A stretch of DNA of 64,000 nt, taken from the NCBI GenBank assembly GCA_002103075.1, contig DABG01000018.1:400836-464835 (forward strand), read 5' to 3'. The stretch is from Candidatus Gastranaerophilales bacterium HUM_9 (GTDB taxonomy: Bacteria; Cyanobacteriota; Vampirovibrionia; Gastranaerophilales; Gastranaerophilaceae). Below are positions 9,901 through 17,585 of this stretch, in pieces (position 1 is the stretch's first letter; each line of letters starts with the position of its first letter). A program made the position numbers and the translations under genes. The notes below the pieces were generated by a model, which saw nothing but the letters and a program-made list of their open reading frames with translations, ran no database searches and was not told where the DNA came from.

Positions 9901-10789
9901 TCAGGTTAATGCGTGGGCAAAGTATATTAATGATTCTGGTTTGAATGCGATTACAAGAAATGAGTGTTTGGCTCAAAAAAATATTTTTAAAGTGATTTAT
10001 TCTATTTTGAAACTTGTTGCAAATCCTTTTGATAACGAGATTGTGGCGAATGCGTATGAGAATATGGCAGAGGCTGGGATTTTGAAGTTTGGCAAGAAAG
10101 AATATATTACAGCTTTTATGGGTAGTTTTTTAGCTCAAAATAACGATATTATTGAAGATAAAGAGTTGAGTAAATTTCATTGGGATATGAACTATTGGTT
10201 GTCATTTACAGAGTTGACAATTGATGAGTTGGCTTTGAAAATTGGCTTGAATTATTTTTCAGGAAATATTGAAAAGTCTAATATATTCTTGATTTCAACT
10301 TTGATTGCAAAGATTAATAATGGGAATTTTAAACAAACGCTTGATAGGCTCAATGATTTATCCTCAAAACCTAATTTGAGTGGGTTTAAATTCTTTACTC
10401 CAGAAGATGAGAACCAAGAAAGTTATGGAAAAGTTCAAATTATGACCTTGCATAAGTCTAAGGGTGATGAGTTTGACTATGTGTTCTTGCCAGAGATGAG
10501 CGAAAAGAATCTTACACTCGATATTGATGAATTGTCATTGAAGAAATCATCAGGGTTTATGGAGAATGTAAGAGGTTTGAAAGCTGGGTATAAGAAAAAG
10601 AGTGAATATGAGCAAAAGCAAGATATTATTGCTGAAGATTTTAGATTGTTGTATGTTGCAATTACTCGAGCAAAAAGACGTTTGTATATATCAGTGGCAA
10701 AGAAAGATAAACATTTTGGGCGTATGCAAACGGTTGTGCCGAGCATAATTTTTGACGAATTGTTAGGAAAATATCCTCTAAATAGTTGA
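6929..10789 (+). CDS. UvrD/Rep/AddA-superfamily helicase with an N-terminal degenerate second helicase module
   Basis: The C-terminal half has Walker A AVPGAGKTT (about aa 649), IEDEAQD (motif II), HKSKGDEFDYVF and LLYVAITRAKRRLYIS. The N-terminal roughly 640 aa has UvrD-like motif remnants (ILVLSFN, IHTFNG, LIIEDGDE) but no P-loop. Confidence 0.85.
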   Translation: MIINKISDKNNVKIITKQYLEWLDMGAISSEILVLSFNSNSKKNIEKNILKLTKKNLLSEFKIHTFNGLIYNTILDNWSKLEDLLDKEDCIISPNLVGLEVSQLLFKQIIQEQVVKGYNSKKSLLQQIFRRYSLIVNNHLSPTEIKHKSEILHEAFGEDANNIINLYKSKTIDLRSFDYIRQAQIFGYIYKNTEYFKNIKYLIIEDGDEVTPLLIDFVKLIAKQLKDSLILLDVNGGSRCGYLCADLEAPQKFEKIFKEKIQNYDDKFVDKTIWENVFSETKTPIKNIKNFSASKRLDMIDEVIQKIIKLLNKNVKPSDIAIITPIQDSMLKCLLQEGLNNYDLKFLSGNEKLVQNPLVKSILVMLKLVQGKPVDEYELRLVLSNSLKIPIRYCENILKTFGKTGELREYEIGSYTEKYEQLCKVVEFLRGSKYKLSKKASYIYENLIESVDEQELKKFSFFVKELQDFEKTFANNYDEKVEDEIIVQLENTVIAENPYSVLEIKDSEIIVSTPQKIIDNKITTKYQFWLDISSGEWQKMDIGPLYNSWVFQKNWTKDEYTVEDNIKFTNEKTARFLWKLYHNAKKIVVCSSLFDTQGVENLGGIEKFVVVETEVPKEKPKQFKIIPRDDQKPVLEYKSGKMAISAVPGAGKTTILLALIVKLLKRGIKPENIYVMTYMESAARNFKERIKALYPSSSKLPNISTIHGLALRIIKENSNYERIGLNPDFEICDDIQRGRIIKFLSKNLKKEDVDDFDRAVSVLKLCGANLNYKQNPEMARIMGLKRGTVEEAKMARFLKFFYAYQRTLISQGLIDYDDILISAVRLLEQNPDVLEYYQNICEYMIEDEAQDSSFIQQKLINMLCAKHNNLIRCGDINQAITTTFTNADISGFKQFIDESQKVSMNCSQRCSEGVWKLANSLVDVGERLLPNAFYKIYMNPVEGRNPEEKKPIVSEFYNNGIDEKIKVVNTIKTLFRQNPKSTVGVLLRNNYQVNAWAKYINDSGLNAITRNECLAQKNIFKVIYSILKLVANPFDNEIVANAYENMAEAGILKFGKKEYITAFMGSFLAQNNDIIEDKELSKFHWDMNYWLSFTELTIDELALKIGLNYFSGNIEKSNIFLISTLIAKINNGNFKQTLDRLNDLSSKPNLSGFKFFTPEDENQESYGKVQIMTLHKSKGDEFDYVFLPEMSEKNLTLDIDELSLKKSSGFMENVRGLKAGYKKKSEYEQKQDIIAEDFRLLYVAITRAKRRLYISVAKKDKHFGRMQTVVPSIIFDELLGKYPLNS

Positions 10790-10938
10790 AATATTGAGGG
10801 TAAAATCACAAATATGTTTGAAAAATAATAATGATATGTTAATATAAGTACGTTAGAGTAGATAATATAAGGAGAAAAGCCATAGCACCGGAAGATAGAA
10901 GGTTTGGAAACAGACGAGATAATAAAGATAAAGCAATA

Positions 10939-11430
10939 ATGAATGAAAGAATTCGTTCAGCAGAAGTAAGACTAATTGACCAAAACGGAGATAATCACGG
11001 TGTGGTTGCGACTTCAAAAGCGTTAGCGATGGCAGAAGACGCAGATATGGACTTGGTTTTAATAAGCCCTAACCAAGAACCTCCTGTAGCAAAAATATTG
11101 AACTACGGTAAATATAAATACGAGTTGGAAAAGAAAGCAAAAGAAGCTAAGAAAAAACAACATACCGTAGATGTAAAAGAAGTAAAAGTAAGATATAAGA
11201 TTGATACTCACGATTATCAAGTTAGAATTAAGAATATCAATAAATTTATTGCACAAGGCAATAAGGTAAAGATTGTTGTAATGTTACGTGGTAGAGAAAT
11301 GCAACATTCAAACTTAGCATTTGATTTGGCTAACAAGTTTATGGAAGACTTGGTGGGTGATACGATTGCTGTTGAAAAGAAACCACAATTAGAAGGCAGA
11401 AACGTAACATTGTTCTTAGCTCCAGTATAA
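10939..11430 (+). CDS. infC: Translation initiation factor IF-3 (the true start is probably a non-AUG codon at 10882)
   Basis: NERIRSAEVRLIDQNG, PPVAKILNYGKYKYE and the C-domain KEVKVRYKIDTHDYQVR are present. The frame is open upstream to 10843, with aaggag at 10869..10874 followed 7 nt later by ATA. Confidence 0.92.
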   Translation: MNERIRSAEVRLIDQNGDNHGVVATSKALAMAEDADMDLVLISPNQEPPVAKILNYGKYKYELEKKAKEAKKKQHTVDVKEVKVRYKIDTHDYQVRIKNINKFIAQGNKVKIVVMLRGREMQHSNLAFDLANKFMEDLVGDTIAVEKKPQLEGRNVTLFLAPV

Positions 11431-11444
11431 AAATAAAAAAGTTA

Positions 11445-11472
11445 TTGACTAAAAATCTTTATACGGTAGAAT
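11445..11472 (+). promoter_or_regulatory. Candidate sigma70-type promoter (TTGACT-16 nt-TAGAAT) upstream of the tRNA-Phe region
   Basis: A -35 TTGACT lies at 11445..11450 and a -10 TAGAAT at 11467..11472. This is sequence match only. Confidence 0.4.
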
Positions 11473-11513
11473 AGACATACAGGGTTGAGAAAGAAGTTTT
11501 TCGGCCGTGTCTG

Positions 11514-11668
11514 AAAATGACAATTAAATATAGAATAAATAATGTGTGCCGCAATAGCTCCCCAGTGAAGCGAAGCGGAACGAAAAGGAAAAATAGTAGA
11601 GCAAGGCTCTACCAACGTTTCCAAAATGACAATTAAATATAAACAAATAATGTGTGCCGCAATAGCTC
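11514..11668 (+). repeat. Direct duplication of the tRNA-Phe upstream region plus the first 13 nt of the tRNA, enclosing a scrambled pseudo-tRNA fragment
   Basis: Copies at 11514..11560 and 11623..11668 are near-identical (aaaatgacaattaaatata..aataatgtgtgccgcaatagctc). The interior contains tagagcaagg (tRNA-like) and its inverted partner ctctaccaac. Confidence 0.8.
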
Positions 11669-11731
11669 AGTTGGTAGAGCAAGGGACTGAAAATCCCTGT
11701 GTCCTTGGTTCAATTCCGAGTTGCGGCACCA
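11656..11731 (+). tRNA. tRNA-Phe (anticodon GAA), CCA encoded
   Basis: Manual cloverleaf: acceptor GCCGCAA/TTGCGGC, D arm GCTC..GAGC, anticodon stem AGGGA/TCCCT with loop CTGAAAA, T arm CTTGG TTCAATT CCGAG, and 3' ACCA. Confidence 0.93.
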
Positions 11732-11747
11732 TTTTTGTTTGTATAAT

Positions 11748-11922
11748 GTCATTCATAGGGAGTGCAACGACCGAAGAATCCCCTTGAACATGTATAGCAC
11801 GTCATTACGAGGAACGGAGTGACGTGGTAATCCAGAAAAAGTTTTTTTATGTACGCAGAACTATTGGTTTATAGATTGCCACACTTAATACATTGCATAC
11901 CGTTAAATTGCTTGTAATGATG
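11748..11922. repeat. Mosaic extragenic palindromic repeat cluster B
   Basis: Contains gtcattcatagggagtgcaacgaccgaagaatcccc and the long unit cgtcattacgaggaacggagtgacgtggtaatccagaaaaag...tatagattgccacacttaatacattgcataccg. Confidence 0.85.
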
Positions 11923-12018
11923 TATTAAACTCACCCACAAAAACGAAGAAAGGCCACATCATCTCGACGTGAGCCCCTCTTACCATATTTAACAACGAAA
12001 AAGAAATTTTTATATTTA

Positions 12019-13848
12019 CTAGCCACCGAACGTTTTGAAACTTGATTCAACGTTTTTACTAACAACTTTCTGACAAGCTTCCATTTCTGTTTGAAGTGCA
12101 GATTGTTCAGTATTTAATTGTTCAAGTCTTAATTGAAGCTGTCTATCTTCTGCCTGAATAATTTCAGTTTTTGCGTTAATTCTTGCAACTTCGTTATCGT
12201 ACTGTTCTTGTTTGTAACGATATTGGTTCATTGCATTGTTATACGCATCTTCATCAGTAATAGCTTCACAGTTCAATGTATATACTACGCTATCATCTTC
12301 AAATTTGATTGATTTGAAACGACCTGTGCCATCTGTTTCACATAATGCGTTCTTAACCTCTTCAACTTTTGTTTTGATGTATGAAGCGTTATAGTATTTA
12401 AGTTTGAATTGTCCATCAATACCGTTTTCTGCGATATTGTTTTTGTCAGCACCTTCACAAGCCTTTGATAAATCATCGGTAGTTGTGTAGTATGTTGTGC
12501 CATTCATTTGGAATTTATAAATCCCACCTAAATATTCGCCAGTATCAGGGTCAAAACACTTAGACAAGTTTGCATAAGCCTGTGGATCATTAGCTTTCAT
12601 ATCCTTAAGTACTTGTTCAAGCTCTGTTTTCATGTTCTTTTGATCAGCATCTGTCCAGTCATCTGGCAAGATTTCTGTCAAATTGCAGTTACCAACTGAT
12701 GTGTAGTTTGAATATGTAGGGTTGTTTTCTGCTGAATGTAAGAACAATTTATCCTTAACGTCAGCTGGATTATCTGGGTTTAATACTAAATTAGAAATTT
12801 CTTTAGCAGATAAGTAGCTTGTGCCATCTGTATAGTATACATTTGTATCACCACTTCTTACGGTTGCTGTAGCAACATCGCCTTGAGCGTTTGCTGTCTT
12901 ATCCATTTCATTTCCGCTTATGAATACATAATTACCGTCATCAAGTTTTGTTGCATAATATGTATCATTGATATCAAAATTTGCACCATAACTTTGTGTA
13001 ATAAGGTTCTTAAGTGCTGGGTTGTTGTCTAAATCAACTTCTGAGAATGCTGTTCCAGCTGCAACAGTTTTTTCAATAAAACGTGGGTTATCTGCTGCAT
13101 CTTCTGCTTTTGTATCGTCAAAATCAGGGTTTGGAACTTTAACTTTTACATCTTGAGCAAATGCCCATTGATTTGTTGTAGCAGCTGCACCACCAGCATT
13201 ATCAACCCAAGAACTTGTACCACCGTCCCAAGTTTTTGGTATGGCACCAGCTTTTGTGAAGTTTGCACGTGCTCCACTTGCTGTTTGTGTTGTTCTTGAA
13301 TAGATTGCATCTAGTGCATCTACTTGATCTGGATCAGATGTTGCATCAACTCTTCGGAATGTCTTAGTTGATTCAACACCGTTTCTCAACATTGTAAATG
13401 TGTAAGTGTCATCACCAGCACCAGTCTTAGACTCTTGCTTGTAGTCCACATTAAGAATTTGATACTCTGTATCAGGTTTGTTCGTAAAGTGGTTTGTCTT
13501 AAGTGCTTGAACTTGAGGATCGTTAAGTTTTTTCGCAGAACCTGTGTATACGTCCTCATAGTGATAACTTGTTACAACATAGTTGTAATCTTCTTGTGGT
13601 GTACCTAGCCTGTAAAAATCTGAAACTACAGAATTATTGATGCCATCACTCCAAGAATATTGAAGAGTGGTGTAATCTGTGCTGTCAGGACAAGTTGGTA
13701 CAGACATCGTCAACATCTGATTAAATAAATCAGCTGATTGGTTTGACAAGTTTAACCTTTGTTGGTTTAACTGTTGGCCTTCATATTCGGTATTTGTCTT
13801 TCTGGCAGACAAAGCCAAATATCGAGCCTGCGTAGCTGCCATACCCAT
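12019..13848 (-). CDS. Lineage-specific 609-aa protein with helical Q/N-rich termini and a long variable central region
   Basis: A strong SD (aaggag 6 nt before the ATG) precedes it. The N-terminus is MGMAATQARYLALSARKTNTEYEGQQLNQQRLNLSN and the C-terminus has heptad-like text EDRQLQLRLEQLNTEQSALQTEME. I recognise no family. Confidence 0.75.
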   Translation of the reverse strand: MGMAATQARYLALSARKTNTEYEGQQLNQQRLNLSNQSADLFNQMLTMSVPTCPDSTDYTTLQYSWSDGINNSVVSDFYRLGTPQEDYNYVVTSYHYEDVYTGSAKKLNDPQVQALKTNHFTNKPDTEYQILNVDYKQESKTGAGDDTYTFTMLRNGVESTKTFRRVDATSDPDQVDALDAIYSRTTQTASGARANFTKAGAIPKTWDGGTSSWVDNAGGAAATTNQWAFAQDVKVKVPNPDFDDTKAEDAADNPRFIEKTVAAGTAFSEVDLDNNPALKNLITQSYGANFDINDTYYATKLDDGNYVFISGNEMDKTANAQGDVATATVRSGDTNVYYTDGTSYLSAKEISNLVLNPDNPADVKDKLFLHSAENNPTYSNYTSVGNCNLTEILPDDWTDADQKNMKTELEQVLKDMKANDPQAYANLSKCFDPDTGEYLGGIYKFQMNGTTYYTTTDDLSKACEGADKNNIAENGIDGQFKLKYYNASYIKTKVEEVKNALCETDGTGRFKSIKFEDDSVVYTLNCEAITDEDAYNNAMNQYRYKQEQYDNEVARINAKTEIIQAEDRQLQLRLEQLNTEQSALQTEMEACQKVVSKNVESSFKTFGG

Positions 13849-14093
13849 AGGCTTCTCCTTTCGTTGTTAATATGTGTTAAATATGTTTTTTCATGGTTTC
13901 TTTTAATGCTACTTTTTTATTTTTCAATTTTTTATTACATAGCACTACTATTATGTTACATTTCTTAACATTTCTTTTCAACGGTTATAGATTTGTATTC
14001 TATACAAATGTATAAAGGATTTCATACTAAAGTATGAGAGATTAGGGGTTGTTGATGATTTTTGGTGATTTTGTCGTGTACGCATTAAATACG

Positions 14094-14813
14094 CTATCTC
14101 AAAAGCATTTCAATAGTAGATGCAGCAAACACAGCCATCTTTGTTTCAACCTGAGCCAAAGACATAGGGGCAGAGCCATCTGCCAAGTCTGAAATTGCTC
14201 TTATTATCATACAAGGTACCCCATTTTTGTTTGCGGTTTGGGCAATTGCTCCACCCTCCATTTCAACAGCAGTCGCATTGAATAATTCTAAGAGTTCACG
14301 TTTTTTTTCAGATGATGATACAAAAGTGTCACCTGTTGCAATAACTCCCTTATGTACAGTTATATCTGTTGAGTTTAAAGTTTTCATAGTTATTTCAAAA
14401 TCATTAATCAAATTCTTATCAGAATAAAATAATGTTGGTTTATTAGGTTCAATCCCTGTACACATATATCCTTTTGCATATCCGAGTGCCGTAGCATCAA
14501 AATCATGTTGAACTAAGGTCTCGCCAATAACGATGTCGCCAACCCTTAAGTTAGCATCTATTCCACCTGCAACACCTGTATTAATAATACAATCAGGTTC
14601 AAACTTATCTATAATATACTGAGTATTCAAAGCTGCGTTGACCTTGCCAACTCCGCTTTTTGCAAGGATAACTTCGTGGTTGTTTATCTTGCCTGTATAA
14701 ATAGTTAAGTCATGATAATCGTCTTTTTTTAAGTCCTGCATAATCGCTTGAAGTTTTTCAACCTCACAGTCCATAGCACCAATGATTGCGTATCGTTTAA
14801 TTCTATTCGGCAT
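14094..14813 (-). CDS. mtnN: 5'-methylthioadenosine/S-adenosylhomocysteine nucleosidase
   Basis: IIGAMDCEVE, SGVGKVNAA and VEMEGGAIAQ motifs are present. It overlaps the luxS stop by 11 nt. Confidence 0.92.
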   Translation of the reverse strand: MPNRIKRYAIIGAMDCEVEKLQAIMQDLKKDDYHDLTIYTGKINNHEVILAKSGVGKVNAALNTQYIIDKFEPDCIINTGVAGGIDANLRVGDIVIGETLVQHDFDATALGYAKGYMCTGIEPNKPTLFYSDKNLINDFEITMKTLNSTDITVHKGVIATGDTFVSSSEKKRELLELFNATAVEMEGGAIAQTANKNGVPCMIIRAISDLADGSAPMSLAQVETKMAVFAASTIEMLLR

Positions 14814-15264
14814 AATACATCTTATCCTCGTTCCAATCTTTCAAAACTTCAAGCATATCAACTGCTATAGCCTTAGCACCATCAAGGTCGTGTTCAAGAT
14901 AGTTCCCGCATTCTTCTTTGTTTGTTCCAGGAATTTTACCCTCAAAATCTTTTATAAATGCCAAAGACTCTTTTAATATATTAAGTGCCTGAGTATGAGT
15001 AATTGAATCTCTAACCAAGAAATAGAACCCTGTACGGCAGCCCATTGGACCAATATAAACAATCTTGTCCTGAAATTCTGTGTTCCTTGCATACGTTGCG
15101 AACAAGTGTTCAAATGTGTGCATTGCACCGTTTGACAAAAAATCGTTCATATTAGGACGTTTCATTCTGATATCATAAGTTACAATATCGCCATCTATTC
15201 TTGAAATATACATACCTTTTTGTAAAGTATCGTGGTTAATTTTAAAACTTTCTATCTTTTCCAT
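14803..15264 (-). CDS. luxS: S-ribosylhomocysteine lyase LuxS
   Basis: The HTFEHLFA (HxxEH) metal motif and GPMGCRTGFY are present. Length is 153 aa. Confidence 0.93.
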   Translation of the reverse strand: MEKIESFKINHDTLQKGMYISRIDGDIVTYDIRMKRPNMNDFLSNGAMHTFEHLFATYARNTEFQDKIVYIGPMGCRTGFYFLVRDSITHTQALNILKESLAFIKDFEGKIPGTNKEECGNYLEHDLDGAKAIAVDMLEVLKDWNEDKMYYAE

Positions 15265-15310
15265 AATTTTCTCTTTTCATTGTGTCTATATATTATTAAT
15301 TATAAATGAA

Positions 15311-15447
15311 AAAAGTTTATATGTACGCAGAAATAATATATTTAATTTGTAGTACGTAATGCGCCATTATGTATTCGCAGGGATTCTTCGCTTCGCTCTG
15401 AATGACGATTGAGGTATGCAGTATAGTAAGTTCGGAATAACGTCACT
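15311..15447. repeat. Mosaic extragenic palindromic repeat cluster C (degenerate)
   Basis: Contains aaaaagtttatatgtacgcagaa, cgcagggattcttcgcttcgctctgaatgac and gtaagttcggaataacgtcac, all related to modules seen elsewhere. Confidence 0.7.
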
Positions 15448-15451
15448 ATTC

Positions 15452-15700
15452 CTATTCTTCGTCATTATTAGCGTCGTTTTCGTCACTTGCTAGTTCAAGC
15501 ATTCTATAAACCATATAAGCACCTAGTGCTACAGCTTTGGGGTCTAAATCAGTATTTTTAGCTGCCTCTAAAATAGAAGTATTAACCTCTGGGTTTTCTT
15601 CTTTAATATAATGAATCATATTTTTACGCCATTGGTGAACATCTTGAAATGCCTCTGCAAATACTAATGATGATTGTTCTTCTGTAATTAATGGCAACAT
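15452..15700 (-). CDS. Hypothetical small acidic protein
   Basis: An 82-aa ORF with a plausible SD (aggag). No recognisable motif. Confidence 0.5.
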   Translation of the reverse strand: MLPLITEEQSSLVFAEAFQDVHQWRKNMIHYIKEENPEVNTSILEAAKNTDLDPKAVALGAYMVYRMLELASDENDANNDEE

Positions 15701-15806
15701 ACAATTCTCCTATTTTTCTTAATTATATATAAAAATATTTACTTTTCAAAAAATGTTAAGTTTGTTAATTTAATGAAATCTGAAAAAATTTCAGTATAAT
15801 TATAGT

Positions 15807-16457
15807 ATGAAGAAGTTTTGGGTGATATTATTAATAACAATGTTGGCATTACCTGTTTTTGCAAGTAAAAAAGAGGCACAACCAAACATTCCATCACAAA
15901 CTTTTATGAACCAAAAAGGTTATGAGGGTTCTTTGCCTGATATTATTGATAAATTTCAGCCATCAAAGCCTGCAAGTGCAACACCAGTATTTGAAGCAGA
16001 AGAGGGTTTTGATGACCCTGACAAACTTAAGCCAACTCCTCGTGACAACCCAGCATTTGTAAACATAATCCTTAAAAAAGACAAAACCTCAACATACATA
16101 TATGATATAAATAAAATTATCTTACTTGTTGAAGCTCTAATCGATTGTATTGAAAACGAAGAAAACGTACAGCTGTTCGTTGCAAAAGCTACAAATTTAG
16201 AATTTGCAATTGGTGGACTACGTGATAGTTTTGAGGGTAAACCGGAAAGTTATTATACTTCTTATGTAAAATTGATGTCACTTTGTATGCATGTAAAAGC
16301 TATGGCAGAACTAAGAAGAGAGGGTGCAGAGTACAATAAATATCTTGCATATCAAGCAGCAGGCTCTGTTTTTGCACCGGACAATGTAAACAAAGAGCTT
16401 CACTACCTGCTTGATGAACTTCAAGAGGTACTTGTTATCCTAAGAGAAGTTGAGTAA
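15807..16457 (+). CDS. Hypothetical secreted protein (Sec signal peptide)
   Basis: The N-terminus MKKFWVILLITMLALPVFASKKE is a classical signal peptide. No family is recognised. Confidence 0.65.
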   Translation: MKKFWVILLITMLALPVFASKKEAQPNIPSQTFMNQKGYEGSLPDIIDKFQPSKPASATPVFEAEEGFDDPDKLKPTPRDNPAFVNIILKKDKTSTYIYDINKIILLVEALIDCIENEENVQLFVAKATNLEFAIGGLRDSFEGKPESYYTSYVKLMSLCMHVKAMAELRREGAEYNKYLAYQAAGSVFAPDNVNKELHYLLDELQEVLVILREVE

Positions 16458-16484
16458 ATTTTTTGTATGATAAGATTATTATCA

Positions 16485-16508
16485 GGGTTCAATAATTTTA
16501 TTGAACCC
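16485..16508. terminator. Bidirectional hairpin terminator between convergent genes
   Basis: Stem gggttcaat/attgaaccc with a 6-nt loop in an AT-rich context. Confidence 0.55.
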
Positions 16509-16522
16509 CGATAAAATTATTA

Positions 16523-17545
16523 TTATTTTCCAAATAATCCCATTTCAATAACTTTTTTACAAAGTCTTACGGTGTTTAAAGCTGCACCAATTCTTAAGTT
16601 ATCAGCCACGCACCATAAAGAGATACCGTTTTTGAATGCAAGGTTTTTTCTTACCCTACCAACAAATACAGGGTCAACGTTTTCAGCATCTCTTGTAGTT
16701 GGATATACATAATTTTCAGGGTCGTCCATAACCTCTACCCCAAAAGTATTTGATAAAATTTCTCTCACTTCATCAGGAGTAATTTCTTCTTCAAACTCGA
16801 TATCAACAGCTTCTGAGTGACCAGTAAATACAGGAACTCTAACTGCTGTACAAGAAATTGGCGTTTCTTCTGCTAAGTGAAGAATTTTCTTTGTTTCATT
16901 AACAACTTTTAATTCTTCTTTTGTATAACCGTTTTCATCAAACACGTCAATCTGAGGAATAACGTTGAAAGAAATAGGTTTTTTAAATACTTCGTTCTTA
17001 AATTCTTTGCCATTCAAATAAGCGTCAACATCTTGTTTTAATTCATCAATACCATTTTTGCCAGCACCGCTAACAGCTTGGTATGTAGAAACAATCAAGC
17101 GTTTAATTTTTGCTCGTTCATTTAGCGGTTTCAAAACCAACATCAATTGTGATGTAGAACAGTTTGGATTAGCAACAATACCTTTATGGTTCTTTAAGTC
17201 CTCGTCATTAACAGATGCAATAACTAACGGTACGTCTTTTTCCATTCTAAAGGCACTAGAGTTATCAATAATAACTCCGCCACGTTTTACAATTTCAGGA
17301 GCAAATTTTTTACTTGTTCCGCCACCAGCAGATGCAAGAACAATATCTACACCATCAAATGAATCAGGGGTTGCTTCTTCAACTGTATATTTTTTACCTT
17401 GAAACTCAAGTTCTGTACCTGCACTTTTTGCACTTGATAAAAATTTAATTGTTTCAAATTCTACGTTCAATTCAGTAATGATTTCTGAAATTTTTCTACC
17501 TACAACACCTGTTGCACCTAAAATTGCAAGATTTGGTTTTCTCAT
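16523..17545 (-). CDS. asd: Aspartate-semialdehyde dehydrogenase
   Basis: ILGATGVVG (NADP fold), the active-site region ANPNCSTSQL, and YQAVSGAG are present. Confidence 0.95.
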   Translation of the reverse strand: MRKPNLAILGATGVVGRKISEIITELNVEFETIKFLSSAKSAGTELEFQGKKYTVEEATPDSFDGVDIVLASAGGGTSKKFAPEIVKRGGVIIDNSSAFRMEKDVPLVIASVNDEDLKNHKGIVANPNCSTSQLMLVLKPLNERAKIKRLIVSTYQAVSGAGKNGIDELKQDVDAYLNGKEFKNEVFKKPISFNVIPQIDVFDENGYTKEELKVVNETKKILHLAEETPISCTAVRVPVFTGHSEAVDIEFEEEITPDEVREILSNTFGVEVMDDPENYVYPTTRDAENVDPVFVGRVRKNLAFKNGISLWCVADNLRIGAALNTVRLCKKVIEMGLFGK

Positions 17546-17585
17546 CTTTTTACCTTTCCTTGTCCTACATTCTAATTATTTTATA

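Noticed and set aside
11442-11624. ORF 11442..11624(-), 60 aa
   Set aside because: It covers the promoter and the pseudo-tRNA duplication upstream of tRNA-Phe. It has no SD and is better explained as non-coding.
11431-12018. Expectation of rpmI-rplT downstream of infC
   Set aside because: No ORFs resembling L35 or L20 are present. The region contains a tRNA-Phe, its duplicated leader and a repeat cluster. I recorded this as context only.
12019-13848. Calling the 609-aa protein a flagellin or hook-associated protein
   Set aside because: Only the overall architecture is similar. The conserved flagellin N-domain and C-domain motifs (for example LSSGLRIN and the terminal LSLL-type end) are absent, so the gene is left as hypothetical and reported as a finding.
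17058-17402. ORF 17058..17402(+), 114 aa, and similar antisense or alternative-frame ORFs inside long genes (for example 8532..8900, 9278..9529, 23665..24026, 28629..28901, 29676..29990, 33820..34277, 41394..41690, 44237..44563, 47230..47577, 57533..57938, 62644..62853)
   Set aside because: All are fully nested in confidently called genes with recognisable motifs. They lack ribosome-binding sites and have shadow-frame composition.
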